Part shown: one piece after another, positions 45,041-54,802 of the stretch
How the letters are laid out: each line of letters opens with the position of its first letter
Position numbering within the stretch: the first letter of the stretch is position 1
Assembly: GCA_043814605.1 (NCBI GenBank)
Contig: JBDRJV010000022.1
Coordinates: 149,305 to 213,304, forward strand
Source of the DNA: Candidatus Omnitrophota bacterium
GTDB lineage: Bacteria > Omnitrophota > Gorgyraeia > B26-G9
DNA: 64,000 nucleotides
Reading direction: 5' to 3'
Translations under genes and position numbers: made by a program
Notes under the pieces: model-generated
The model's database searches: none
Seen by the model: only the letters and a program-made list of their open reading frames with translations
What the model was told of the DNA's origin: nothing

Positions 45041-45580
45041 TTAAGGAATCGCAATCTTATAAACCATTAATTCACATCTAATCAGGTTGGATTGTTTGGA
45101 CTTAGGGCTGATTTCAAAAGCATTTATTTGGATAAGCATTGATGATTTTTCGATTGAATACATGAATACAACAAGATCTTCGATCTCAGCTTCACAACTT
45201 ATGTTTAAAGGAAACATTTGGGTTGCACCTTTTTTAATTACCTCCTGTGTCTTTAAATTATTTAAATGAACATAATTTGTATTTGCTAAACCCTCAATTT
45301 CCTTTAATAATGCTGCTTTTTCTTCTTCGGTTGAACCCGGTTTTACGATAAAAGAAGAATATTTCTTTTCTTCTGCTTCTATTTTTTTGCGCTGCATGAG
45401 AATTTTTGAATTTTTACTCATTTCATATTCTGTAGTTTTAATATTTTCTTCCAAAGTTTTCATCTTATGGATAATTGGATATAAAATAACTCTGTCGATT
45501 AAGGCAATCAAGACAAACGCGATTGAGGCATAAAGAACCATTTTTTCTCTTTTTGAAAATTTTTTTAAAAATTCTTGCAT
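45041..45580 (-). CDS. GspM/PilO-like protein
   Basis: SKREK + TM + coiled coil + ferredoxin-like C-terminus; synteny. Confidence 0.75.
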   Translation of the reverse strand: MQEFLKKFSKREKMVLYASIAFVLIALIDRVILYPIIHKMKTLEENIKTTEYEMSKNSKILMQRKKIEAEEKKYSSFIVKPGSTEEEKAALLKEIEGLANTNYVHLNNLKTQEVIKKGATQMFPLNISCEAEIEDLVVFMYSIEKSSMLIQINAFEISPKSKQSNLIRCELMVYKIAIP

Positions 45581-45615
45581 TTACTCACCTAATTTTTAGC
45601 TTTATCTTTAATGTT

Positions 45616-47055
45616 TTATTTGATAATCATACAGGTGATGCCAAAATCTGCCCAATCTTCATCATCTTGTTTTCGCGAAGTTGTATAATTAGTATTAACA
45701 TTACTAAAAAACTCGGAATCTTCTAGCGCGCTGACAAACGAAAAAACACTCGACATCGCCCGGCCTGTACCTTTAATATTTAAATTTTTTTCTTGATCCA
45801 TTTTAATATTGCTTACCATAATATCTTTAGGCAGAATATCACACAATGCGGCCAAGATTTCCAGAGAATAACCGCGCGCTTTTAAATAATGCTTGATCAC
45901 CCGCATTCTTTCCATGGATTTTTCTAAAACTTTAGCTTCCTGAGAAAATGATTCGTTTTTTGCTTTTAACCGAGACAAATACTCCCCCTTAAAATAAAGT
46001 TTAGCCATAAAAATCGCTCCAACAAGCAGCAATATTCCTAAAAAATAAACACACATTTTTACTAGTTCCTGGATTCTTTGCTCAAAAGAGATCTTTAATT
46101 TAATTTCATCCGGAATTAAATTTAAAACCGCGTCTTCTTTTTTTAAAACCGCACTGGTAAGATTAAAAAATGAAATGTGTTTATTTTTTGATATTGTCTC
46201 TAAAATTATTTTTGAAACCGGTACACACTCAAAATAAGGAATTACCTGTATGGGAATAAATACCTGCATTGCTAACTCTGACCTTAATTCTCCCATATAC
46301 TCTGTAGCTCCGGTTAAAATTAAAGTTCCGGGAGCTTGATCAATATCTTCAGACTGATAAGTTTCCAGTGATTTTTTTAACTCCTCGATAAAATCAATTG
46401 TTGATTTTTGTTTATCTAAAGTAATTTGTTTTGTTCCAATCGGTATAGTTCTTAAAAAAATAGGCATACCTTTAAAAGAAACGATAAAATCTGTAAAAGC
46501 TAACCCCATATGCAAAATCGCCACAGGATGTTCCTGTACTTCTTTTCTTATTTGTTCCGTACAAATTTTACTGATCGTTTCCGGAGCAAAAATCACTCGT
46601 TGTGTTTTAAATCCAGCTTTATCAATAAGGTCAAATTGCCGCTTTACTGCTTTGCGTACAACAATTACCAGTAAGATTTTTGAATAACTTTGTTTAACTA
46701 CTCCTAAATTAATATAATCAACGATAATTTCATCCCGGGAATAAGGCGTTTGCCGGCCGGACTGCAGATCAATAATTTCCCTGATTTCCTGATCATCCAG
46801 GGAAGGAATTTCTAAATTTTTAGTTATTGCCAAATGTAAAGGGATAACATTAATAATATAGGGATTTTTAATTTTTAAATCCGTAATTTCCTTAAAGATT
46901 AATTGTGCAATTTTATCGTCGGATAAACCCTGAATGGATTGATTAATTAAATCCACAAATTCTGCTTGTTTACCAGTGTTTTTATAATGCGCAAGCATCA
47001 GCTCATCATGGCTTAAATCCAGACTGATAATATCTATATTCTTCCTGATCTGCAT
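45616..47055 (-). CDS. GspL/PilM-PilN-like fusion
   Basis: Degenerate actin-like domain (LEIPS, RTIPIG, LILTG), LNLIP + TM + PilN-like domain. Confidence 0.8.
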   Translation of the reverse strand: MQIRKNIDIISLDLSHDELMLAHYKNTGKQAEFVDLINQSIQGLSDDKIAQLIFKEITDLKIKNPYIINVIPLHLAITKNLEIPSLDDQEIREIIDLQSGRQTPYSRDEIIVDYINLGVVKQSYSKILLVIVVRKAVKRQFDLIDKAGFKTQRVIFAPETISKICTEQIRKEVQEHPVAILHMGLAFTDFIVSFKGMPIFLRTIPIGTKQITLDKQKSTIDFIEELKKSLETYQSEDIDQAPGTLILTGATEYMGELRSELAMQVFIPIQVIPYFECVPVSKIILETISKNKHISFFNLTSAVLKKEDAVLNLIPDEIKLKISFEQRIQELVKMCVYFLGILLLVGAIFMAKLYFKGEYLSRLKAKNESFSQEAKVLEKSMERMRVIKHYLKARGYSLEILAALCDILPKDIMVSNIKMDQEKNLNIKGTGRAMSSVFSFVSALEDSEFFSNVNTNYTTSRKQDDEDWADFGITCMIIK

Positions 47056-47060
47056 TTTTT

Positions 47061-48116
47061 TTAATTAAAATACCCTTTTTGACAACCTAAAATAACCCCG
47101 GCTTTTTTTGCCTGTTCCGTTAAATCTTTTTTAAAAATACATTCAACTTTACAATAATTTTTTTTATGACGAATCCGCCCTGTACTTTCAATTAAAAAAA
47201 TATTGGAAAAAGTGGAAACTTTTCCCGCGGCAACTAAATTACTTAAACTGGCTACTTCACTGGGAGTTAAAGAAAAAACTTTTTCTAAGCTTCCGATAAT
47301 GGATGATTCGGACAAAAAGTACTGATCGTCTTGAGTTGCGATCTGATTATCTTCTCCGCAACGAAAAGAAACTATTTTATCCACTAAATTTTCCGTTAAT
47401 CCCAAAGATAACAGTACAGTCCTTGAGGCAGTATTAATATTTACCCGGCCGGAACCGTATACAGTAAGGTAAGGTTTAATTTTATTAAATATTTCCTCAT
47501 CCATACCTTTAACTAAAAGCAATTCTTCCAGCACTTCAAACGATGCATTCTTACAATCATAAGGAACATTTAAATTTTGATAATATTTATCCTCTGCTCC
47601 CCGCGGCAATACCTGATCATCGGTATCTTTCCAATCAATAATACAAGAGGCAAGTTTATCTGCATCCAATGCTTTTAAGCCTGTCGTCCTATTAATTAAG
47701 AAAAAAAGCTCGCCGTCTTCGGCTTTATTAATATTAAGTTTACTCTCAACATCACACACTCCATACATAGTTTGAAATTCATTTTCCGTTCCCCGTGGTA
47801 AAAAATCATCAGTTTTATAACAATATCCCACATCAAAAAACCCTTCTCCGATTAACACATTATGGAAAGATTCCTGATCATTACTCCCCAGGTCTTTAAG
47901 CCTGATATAACTTTGCGTTGCTTCAAAATTTCCAATCTCGGCAATCGCTTGTTTTATCCCGGCTTCCGCAGCATCTGATAACTTATTTCTTGTTTCTATT
48001 CTGCCTAAAAAATCTAAGCGGGAACGAATCCCCCAGCCTAAGTATACGGCAAAAACAGCTAAAAATCCCAGCGCCCATAATACTAAAATCAAAACCGCCC
48101 CTTTTTTTCTTCCCAT
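47061..48116 (-). CDS. gspK: Minor pseudopilin GspK
   Basis: KG|AVLILVLW, ESKLNIN, IIDWKD, EELLLVKGM, GRVNINTAS. Confidence 0.9.
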   Translation of the reverse strand: MGRKKGAVLILVLWALGFLAVFAVYLGWGIRSRLDFLGRIETRNKLSDAAEAGIKQAIAEIGNFEATQSYIRLKDLGSNDQESFHNVLIGEGFFDVGYCYKTDDFLPRGTENEFQTMYGVCDVESKLNINKAEDGELFFLINRTTGLKALDADKLASCIIDWKDTDDQVLPRGAEDKYYQNLNVPYDCKNASFEVLEELLLVKGMDEEIFNKIKPYLTVYGSGRVNINTASRTVLLSLGLTENLVDKIVSFRCGEDNQIATQDDQYFLSESSIIGSLEKVFSLTPSEVASLSNLVAAGKVSTFSNIFLIESTGRIRHKKNYCKVECIFKKDLTEQAKKAGVILGCQKGYFN

Positions 48117-48222
48117 TATTTTATTTATACCTTTTTTAATATTATATTTCTTTATTTTTCAGTTTACAAACTCCACCGGTTATCTTTGGTCTGATTAATT
48201 TCGAATTATCTATAATTACAAA

Positions 48223-48861
48223 CTAGTATATTTCCCCTCCGACGGCCAGTTCAATTATTTTACTGTGCTTAGTCATTGTTTGACCTTCATTAATATTAAA
48301 GGTAAGCCTCACAGCTAAAGGATATTTTGTGTTCTTTTGTTTTTCATCTTTAGGCGGCCAGGAATCTATCCAAAAAAAAGATTTTTTTTCTTGATCATAA
48401 AAATTATACTCAAAAAGAAGAGAAGTTAATCCTTCTAGTAAAATTCGCGGGTTTGATTTTTTTTTGTTAGATTGCTCGGAAAATAAATTCTGATAACTAA
48501 AAAATTGCCTGTTAATTGCGCCTTTATTTTGATCATAAAAATATGTTATTTGCCCGATACGCTGCGAAACTTCTCCCGGGCTAACCGGAATATTTATCAC
48601 TCCCGGGAAATTTAAGTTATGCTCACCTCCTGTAAAATCAATGCCTTGAAAATAAATACAATTTTTTAAATCCATTTCTAGCCAGTCTAAAAACAAAGTC
48701 ATATCAATTTGCGATGTTTCTTGATTAACAATTTGCCATACTTTTAAACCATTAGAGATCATTACATATACTGTTACCGAAACAATAACGCTCATTGCCG
48801 CAGCTAAAAGCATTTCAATAAGAGTGAGTCCTTTTTGTTTATTTTTAATTTTCATGCGCAA
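48223..48861 (-). CDS. gspJ: Minor pseudopilin GspJ-like
   Basis: KG|LTLIE; W..SW...YPLAVRL C-terminal motif. Confidence 0.8.
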   Translation of the reverse strand: MRMKIKNKQKGLTLIEMLLAAAMSVIVSVTVYVMISNGLKVWQIVNQETSQIDMTLFLDWLEMDLKNCIYFQGIDFTGGEHNLNFPGVINIPVSPGEVSQRIGQITYFYDQNKGAINRQFFSYQNLFSEQSNKKKSNPRILLEGLTSLLFEYNFYDQEKKSFFWIDSWPPKDEKQKNTKYPLAVRLTFNINEGQTMTKHSKIIELAVGGEIY

Positions 48862-49310
48862 TTGAATTTATATTTTTTTATCAGAAAATCAACGATTAAA
48901 ATATTACTGAAATATTTTTTTATCAAAGTGAATCTTTGAACCGAATACTGCTTTGAACCTACAAACCAGCTCATCCTTACTTTCACTAAATAAAGCCCCT
49001 GCCTTAAATCTTTTGATTCTAAAAGCACTTCCCAATTAAAAATTTTATTGCCGAATTTTACAATGCCGGCATCATTAAGCGTAACAAAGGTTTCCAGGGG
49101 ACTGTTAAAATCATTTTGCAGCTGTGCTATTTTTTCATTGATAAATAACTGTGCCTTTAAACGGTCATTAAATAAATTTATTGCATCTAAAGACATCAAA
49201 TATATTTCAAAAATCGCCACGATTCCCACAGCTAAGATCACGGTTGCTACCATTACCTCAACCAATGTAAATCCTTTACGGTTATAATTTGATATTTTTT
49301 TCATATTCAA
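48852..49310 (-). CDS. gspI: Minor pseudopilin GspI-like
   Basis: KG|FTLVEVMVA; G......FNW; LY.VKVRMSW. Confidence 0.78.
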   Translation of the reverse strand: MNMKKISNYNRKGFTLVEVMVATVILAVGIVAIFEIYLMSLDAINLFNDRLKAQLFINEKIAQLQNDFNSPLETFVTLNDAGIVKFGNKIFNWEVLLESKDLRQGLYLVKVRMSWFVGSKQYSVQRFTLIKKYFSNILIVDFLIKKYKFNCA

Positions 49311-49352
49311 TTTTTTTATTCGCCATCTGCTAAACGCGATACACTGCTTTAA

Positions 49353-49754
49353 TCACCAATTCGTAACATCATCTTCACTGGCTAATCCGTCTCGGCCGAG
49401 GGAATATAAATCATAATCCTGCGGTCTATTTTGGCCGGGAGATTTATATTCATAAGTCCGGCCCCAGGGGTCAAGCGGCTCTTTTTCTAAATAAGGACCA
49501 TTCCAGCTGGCTAATGAGGCGGGATTAGCCATCAGTGCTTTTAACCCTTCTGCCGTCGAGGGAAACTGACCATTATCTAATTCGTAGAGTTTTAAAGCTG
49601 TAGCTATATTCGCCATAATATCTGCCCGGGCTGCAGCAGTTTTAGCCTGTTCAGAGCGTCCGGTTAACCGCGGCAAAACCATTGCCGCTAATGCACTGAT
49701 AATAATCACAACCAGCATTAATTCGATCAATGTGAATCCTTTTTTTCTATTCAC
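49353..49754 (-). CDS. gspG: Major pseudopilin GspG
   Basis: KG|FTLIELM, LYELDNGQFPST, WNGPYL, DPWG, DLYSLGRDG, DVTNW. Confidence 0.95.
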   Translation of the reverse strand: MNRKKGFTLIELMLVVIIISALAAMVLPRLTGRSEQAKTAAARADIMANIATALKLYELDNGQFPSTAEGLKALMANPASLASWNGPYLEKEPLDPWGRTYEYKSPGQNRPQDYDLYSLGRDGLASEDDVTNW

Positions 49755-49842
49755 AATAATCCCCTTCCTTTCATCTTTTGCTTTTTATTTGTAATTTGAA
49801 ATTTGCCATTTGTCATTTCAATTAAGCTATTTTAAAAATAGC

Positions 49843-50703
49843 TTAATTGAATACGTATTCACACCATTTTTTTTCTAATTCAGCCGTTGTCCTCATTTGT
49901 ACTGGATAAGAAAACTTCAAAGCATCGTTAATTGTTTTGCCGTCTCTTAATTGACGGCAAAAAATCAAAAAATTCTCAGCACTATATTCTTCAATAAGAA
50001 ATCCGATTAAGGAAAACGCTTGCAAATAAAAAACATCAACTAAAGTATTTCCCTCTAATTCTAAAAGTTGTTTTTGAAAATTATCTTTATTTATACTGTA
50101 TATTTTTATTTTTTCCTGGCCATTTATTTTCCGCACATCTAGCTGCATTAATTCATCCAAAGAAAGCAGCAGGCTATTTTGCGCTAATTGCTTTACCATT
50201 TTTTTTCGTTGATTACGAATTTTTTCCTCTTCCCATTGAGCCACTCCTTCATCCAGCCATAAGGGGATTTGCCCGGTAAACCCGACAAAATCACGGAATA
50301 TCAAATGCGCCATTTCATGGGGCAGAAGTAAATCCAAAAAACCTCTCCCCCAAGCATAACTTACAATCATTTTTTTTTGGTAATCAGCTACTCCATGCGA
50401 CCAAGCATTCTGCCCTGTTCCTTGGATAAAAGACTCATGATCAGGGTAAATATATATTTTAACCCGGTTATTCCATTTCCAAAAATTAGAAAACCGCACA
50501 TAGCCTAAATCACGGGCGATGGAATCATAATATTTTTCTGATTGTAGACTTACTTCTTTGGCAAAATCCTGATAATCTGGCTGGTAGTAGACAAGGAAAT
50601 GTTCGCCTTTAAGCTCTGACCATTCTGCAGCCGCCTGGCTTAAATTTAAAAACATAAAAAAAAATATTAACAAATAAATTATTTTTAATTTCAAATTGAT
50701 CAA
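49843..50703 (-). CDS. Exported gluzincin (peptidase MA-like) metallopeptidase
   Basis: Signal peptide, HEMAH (HExxH), PLWLDEGVAQ third-ligand motif. Confidence 0.85.
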   Translation of the reverse strand: MINLKLKIIYLLIFFFMFLNLSQAAAEWSELKGEHFLVYYQPDYQDFAKEVSLQSEKYYDSIARDLGYVRFSNFWKWNNRVKIYIYPDHESFIQGTGQNAWSHGVADYQKKMIVSYAWGRGFLDLLLPHEMAHLIFRDFVGFTGQIPLWLDEGVAQWEEEKIRNQRKKMVKQLAQNSLLLSLDELMQLDVRKINGQEKIKIYSINKDNFQKQLLELEGNTLVDVFYLQAFSLIGFLIEEYSAENFLIFCRQLRDGKTINDALKFSYPVQMRTTAELEKKWCEYVFN

Positions 50704-50704
50704 C

Positions 50705-51928
50705 CTATTTAACCATAATATTTAGTTGAAAAACAGGCAAGAGCATCGAAACAATAATAAAGCCGACAACAGCCCCCATAATCAAAATCATTATCGGTTC
50801 AAGCAAATTAGTCATGATTTTAATCGCTTCCTCTGTTTCCTGTTCATAGGTATTGGCTAATTCATGTAAAGCTTCGTCTAAATTCCCGGATTCTTCGCCT
50901 ACTTTAATTAAATTCACCATAAACTTGGGAAAAACATTAGATTGATCAAGCACCAGGCCAAAAGATTCCCCTTGTTCAATAGCTTTATAACCTTTAACTA
51001 ACTCTTGCTTGATAACCTCATTATTTAACGTAGGAATACTTGTCTGTATTGCTTTTAATAATTGGATACCACTCGCTAATAAGAGTTCCAGGGTAATGCT
51101 AAAACAAGCTAATTCTGCTTTTAAAAACATTTGACCAAAAATCGGCATTTTTAATTTAAAACTACCCAGTAATAATAATTCTCTCGAGGAAAGAGATTTT
51201 CGGTTAAGTAAAAAGATACTAAAACTAATTATTAACAGAGCAATTAACCAAACCCAGGGATTATTTAAAAAATTACTAAACGCAATAATAATTTTTGTCG
51301 GGAGTGGTAAATCTTGCCCTAATCGTGTGAAAATTTTCAATAACCTAGGCATCACAAATGTGAGCATAAAAATAATTGTTCCTATCCCTACTATACCCAT
51401 AAGGATAGGATAAGTGAGCGCAGTTCTAATTTGAGAAAAAATTCTTTCCTGTTTTTGACGATATTCCGCAATTCTTAACAGCGCTTTTTCCAGTGTCCCG
51501 CTTTCTTCCCCTGCCTTGACCAGGGCGATATAAAGAGCCGGGAAAATTTTCGGAAAAACCGCTAAAGTTGACGATAATGTTTTCCCGTCTTTTACTTCGT
51601 TATGGATACGGCCTAAAACAATTTGAAAATAACGGTTTGTTGCCTGATCTGATAAAATTTTTAATCCTTTTAAAATCGGCACTCCGGATTTCAAAAGCAC
51701 TGCTAATTGACGCGTAAAAACAGTTATTTGTTTTGCGCCAACACGCTCAGCCAAAAACCCCAAATTCGCTGGGGCCAAGCCTTCTGTGCCCTCAGCCAGT
51801 TCTATCCGAACCGGCATATATCCCATTTGGCTGATTCTTTCAACTGCCTCTTCGCGAGAAGCAGCACTGATTTGGGCATTAATAATCTTACCCGGACCTT
51901 TTTTTGCTTTATATTTATATGTCGCCAT
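50705..51928 (-). CDS. gspF: GspF platform protein
   Basis: FTRQLAVLLKSG, AGEESGTL, ALTYP, GEESGNL, LLEP. Confidence 0.93.
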   Translation of the reverse strand: MATYKYKAKKGPGKIINAQISAASREEAVERISQMGYMPVRIELAEGTEGLAPANLGFLAERVGAKQITVFTRQLAVLLKSGVPILKGLKILSDQATNRYFQIVLGRIHNEVKDGKTLSSTLAVFPKIFPALYIALVKAGEESGTLEKALLRIAEYRQKQERIFSQIRTALTYPILMGIVGIGTIIFMLTFVMPRLLKIFTRLGQDLPLPTKIIIAFSNFLNNPWVWLIALLIISFSIFLLNRKSLSSRELLLLGSFKLKMPIFGQMFLKAELACFSITLELLLASGIQLLKAIQTSIPTLNNEVIKQELVKGYKAIEQGESFGLVLDQSNVFPKFMVNLIKVGEESGNLDEALHELANTYEQETEEAIKIMTNLLEPIMILIMGAVVGFIIVSMLLPVFQLNIMVK

Positions 51929-51963
51929 TTTTTCTTTCTGCTAATATTGCTAACTATTTATGT

Positions 51964-52461
51964 TCAATATCGTCGATTTGATTTTATGACAAACTTATTT
52001 ATTTTTAGGCAATCATCCTGAGGCAAATCCAGAAAAGATACAGCAGCCTCATATAAATCATCGGTTTTACTATTAACTCTGACAATCTTGGCTAAACATT
52101 GAAAAGTCCCGTAATTTTTCGGAAGAATTAAAATAATATCAATTACAGCCCCGGGTAATAATTCCTTAGTTGTTTTAAAAAACAAACCTCCGGCGCTAAT
52201 ATTTTTAGTCGTCCCGCTAAATTGCGGCTGGGTCTTTGCTTTTCCCGGTTTAAACACACTATAAAGAACTTTTAACTCAATATCTAAACGTTCATAAATA
52301 CGTTTATCCGCAATTGCCAAAGCTTCTATTTTTTCCGGCTTATACCCCATATCTTTGATTTTTTCGGTTGCCTCCTCATGCGATTCAGCATAGACGATTG
52401 ATTCAATAACAGTGCCAATATTTTTTTTAGCTAAATATTTAAATACTTTCATTTTTTTCAC
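51964..52461 (-). CDS. GspF N-terminal-domain / PilZ chimeric protein
   Basis: First ~45 residues resemble the N-terminus of the adjacent GspF; PilZ motifs RIYER and NISAGG follow. Confidence 0.85.
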   Translation of the reverse strand: MKKMKVFKYLAKKNIGTVIESIVYAESHEEATEKIKDMGYKPEKIEALAIADKRIYERLDIELKVLYSVFKPGKAKTQPQFSGTTKNISAGGLFFKTTKELLPGAVIDIILILPKNYGTFQCLAKIVRVNSKTDDLYEAAVSFLDLPQDDCLKINKFVIKSNRRY

Positions 52462-54644
52462 TCTTTCATTTTTAAAACATAACGGTTTAATCTGCTGCGT
52501 TCAGAATTGGGTAAATCTAAAAAACAAACACCAATATCATAATTTCTGTTTGCCACCAGTTCATTACATCGGATCACCCGGGCTAAACATTCAATATTCT
52601 TTTCGCCTTCTTTTAATTCAATAACTAAATCAATAATTACCCCTTTATTTAAGCTTTCAGACGCACTAAAAAAAACACCTCCGGCGCTGATATTTTTCAA
52701 TACTCCGATCATTTCCGGTTCATATTCTGCATTTTTCTGCCCTTGTTGCTTTTGCTTAAAAAATTTAAACCGGATATAAGAATCATCTTCGCTCCGGTCA
52801 TAAATACGCCGGTCAGCTTTATTCGGGGATTTAATTTTATTTTTATCGATAGTTAATTTTACTTTTTTTAAATTTTCATTATTCTTAATTTCCTGCTGAA
52901 CCACATCCTCCCTCTGAACCATATCCTGTAAATCATCGGATTGGGTAACACGTAAGATTTCTTCTGTCGTTGTTATCCCTTCTAAAACTTTTAACCACCC
53001 GCTTTGGCGTAAAGTCCGCATCCCTGAAGTAATCGCAACTTTTTTAATTTGATCGCTTGCCGCTTTGCGAGATGTTAATTCTTTAATTTGTTCGCTCATC
53101 GTTAATATCTCATGAATTGCGGTGCGTCCATAAAACCCGGTATTATTACACGCCGGACAACCTTTCCCTTTATAAATTTTAATTTCCTGGGGAGCATTTA
53201 AACCTAATTCCTTTGTGATCTGTTCTTTTAAGGTAAGCGATACGTCTTTATCTTCCTGCCGGCATTTCGGACAAATCACTCTGACTAAACGCTGGGCAAT
53301 AAAAACATCTACGCTTGATGCCACAAGATAAGGTTCAAGTCCAATATCAATTAACCGGGTAATACCACTAGCTGCATCATTGGTGTGTAAAGTAGAAAAC
53401 ACTAGGTGCCCGGTTAAAGCTACACGGATTGCGATATCGGCAGTTTCCCGATCGCGTACTTCTCCGACCATCATCACATCCGGATCATGCCGCAGCATAC
53501 TGCGTAATCCCCGGGCAAAACTTAACCCAAATTCTGAAGCGATTTGAATTTGCGTTATGCCTTCAAGTTCATATTCTATCGGATCTTCAATCGTGATAAT
53601 TTTACGTTCACTCGTATTAATCGAAGATAAACACGCATAAAGTGTGGTGGTTTTTCCGCTACCTGTGGGTCCAGTCAGAAATATAATACCATGCGGCTTA
53701 TTGATTAGTTCCTTAAAAAATTTAAGTTCATCCGGAGCAAGCCCTAATTTATCCAAGTTAAAAAGCATAACCATAGGCAGAAGCCTAATCACCACGCTTT
53801 CTCCGTGCGGTGTTGGGATAAAGGAAACCCTTAAGTCTAAATTTTCATCCTGAATCTTTACAATTGCCCTTCCATCCTGCGGTATACGCCGCTCGACAAT
53901 ATTTAAATTTGCCATTAACTTTATCCGGGAAAGCACGGGTATTAAAAAATTTTTCATTTCCCCGGATACATTAGCATCATAAAGGATCCCGTCGATTCGA
54001 TAACGTAATCTGAGTTTTTTACGGTAAGGTTCAATATGAATATCCGTAGCTCTTTTTTTATACGCCTCTAAAATTATTTGGTTAACTAATTGAATTATTG
54101 AGATTTGGTCACTTGATTCTTCCAGATCATCGACTTTTGCTTCTTTTTCTGCCTGGGTATGGCTCTGGTAGGTTTTCTGAGCAATAATTTTATCAACTGT
54201 ATCTGCGCCCCATCCGTAATACTTATTAAGCATTTCCAAAACTTGATGTTCACAACTTAAAACAATTTTGACATCATAGCCTAAATGTGTTCTTATTTCA
54301 TCCTGTATTTTAATATCCAAGGGATAGGCAACCGCAACGGTTAAAATCCTATTTTCCAGAAAAAGCGGCATAAACTTAAAATAAGAAGCAATTTTTACCG
54401 GAATTCTCTGAATTAAAGTTACATCAACTACAATATCTGTAATATCTAAATATTTAATATGAAATTCCTTTGCCAAAAATTCCAGCAGTTCTTTTTCAGA
54501 AAGTTTACTTTCCTTGGCAACTAAAGGAATCGGTGAAACCTGTTTGGTGTAAGCAATATCAAAAAAATCCTGGATTTTTTTCTCATCCAATTTCTTTTTA
54601 TTTTTCAAAAGTCCGATAATTCTGGTATCAGTTTTTTTATCCAT
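52458..54644 (-). CDS. gspE: GspE ATPase with C-terminal PilZ domain
   Basis: [24 protein letters not shown], tetra-Cys; C-terminal RIYDR and NISAGG. Confidence 0.93.
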   Translation of the reverse strand: MDKKTDTRIIGLLKNKKKLDEKKIQDFFDIAYTKQVSPIPLVAKESKLSEKELLEFLAKEFHIKYLDITDIVVDVTLIQRIPVKIASYFKFMPLFLENRILTVAVAYPLDIKIQDEIRTHLGYDVKIVLSCEHQVLEMLNKYYGWGADTVDKIIAQKTYQSHTQAEKEAKVDDLEESSDQISIIQLVNQIILEAYKKRATDIHIEPYRKKLRLRYRIDGILYDANVSGEMKNFLIPVLSRIKLMANLNIVERRIPQDGRAIVKIQDENLDLRVSFIPTPHGESVVIRLLPMVMLFNLDKLGLAPDELKFFKELINKPHGIIFLTGPTGSGKTTTLYACLSSINTSERKIITIEDPIEYELEGITQIQIASEFGLSFARGLRSMLRHDPDVMMVGEVRDRETADIAIRVALTGHLVFSTLHTNDAASGITRLIDIGLEPYLVASSVDVFIAQRLVRVICPKCRQEDKDVSLTLKEQITKELGLNAPQEIKIYKGKGCPACNNTGFYGRTAIHEILTMSEQIKELTSRKAASDQIKKVAITSGMRTLRQSGWLKVLEGITTTEEILRVTQSDDLQDMVQREDVVQQEIKNNENLKKVKLTIDKNKIKSPNKADRRIYDRSEDDSYIRFKFFKQKQQGQKNAEYEPEMIGVLKNISAGGVFFSASESLNKGVIIDLVIELKEGEKNIECLARVIRCNELVANRNYDIGVCFLDLPNSERSRLNRYVLKMKE

Positions 54645-54702
54645 AGTAATTTTATAACAAATAGTTATTGCAATAGTTACGTTAACTTAATCATTGAATC
54701 TT

Positions 54703-54731
54703 ATTATCACATTGATACATTCTTTTGTCAA
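54703..54731 (-). promoter_or_regulatory. Putative sigma70 promoter TTGACA-17bp-(TGT)GATAAT upstream of gspE
   Basis: Near-consensus hexamers with a 17-bp spacer. Confidence 0.65.
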
Positions 54732-54802
54732 CGTTTCCCCTTGCTTCCAGCAGTTAAAATTTTAAACTTCTATTCGCTAAACGCTAAGCGCTAATTGCTG
54801 CT

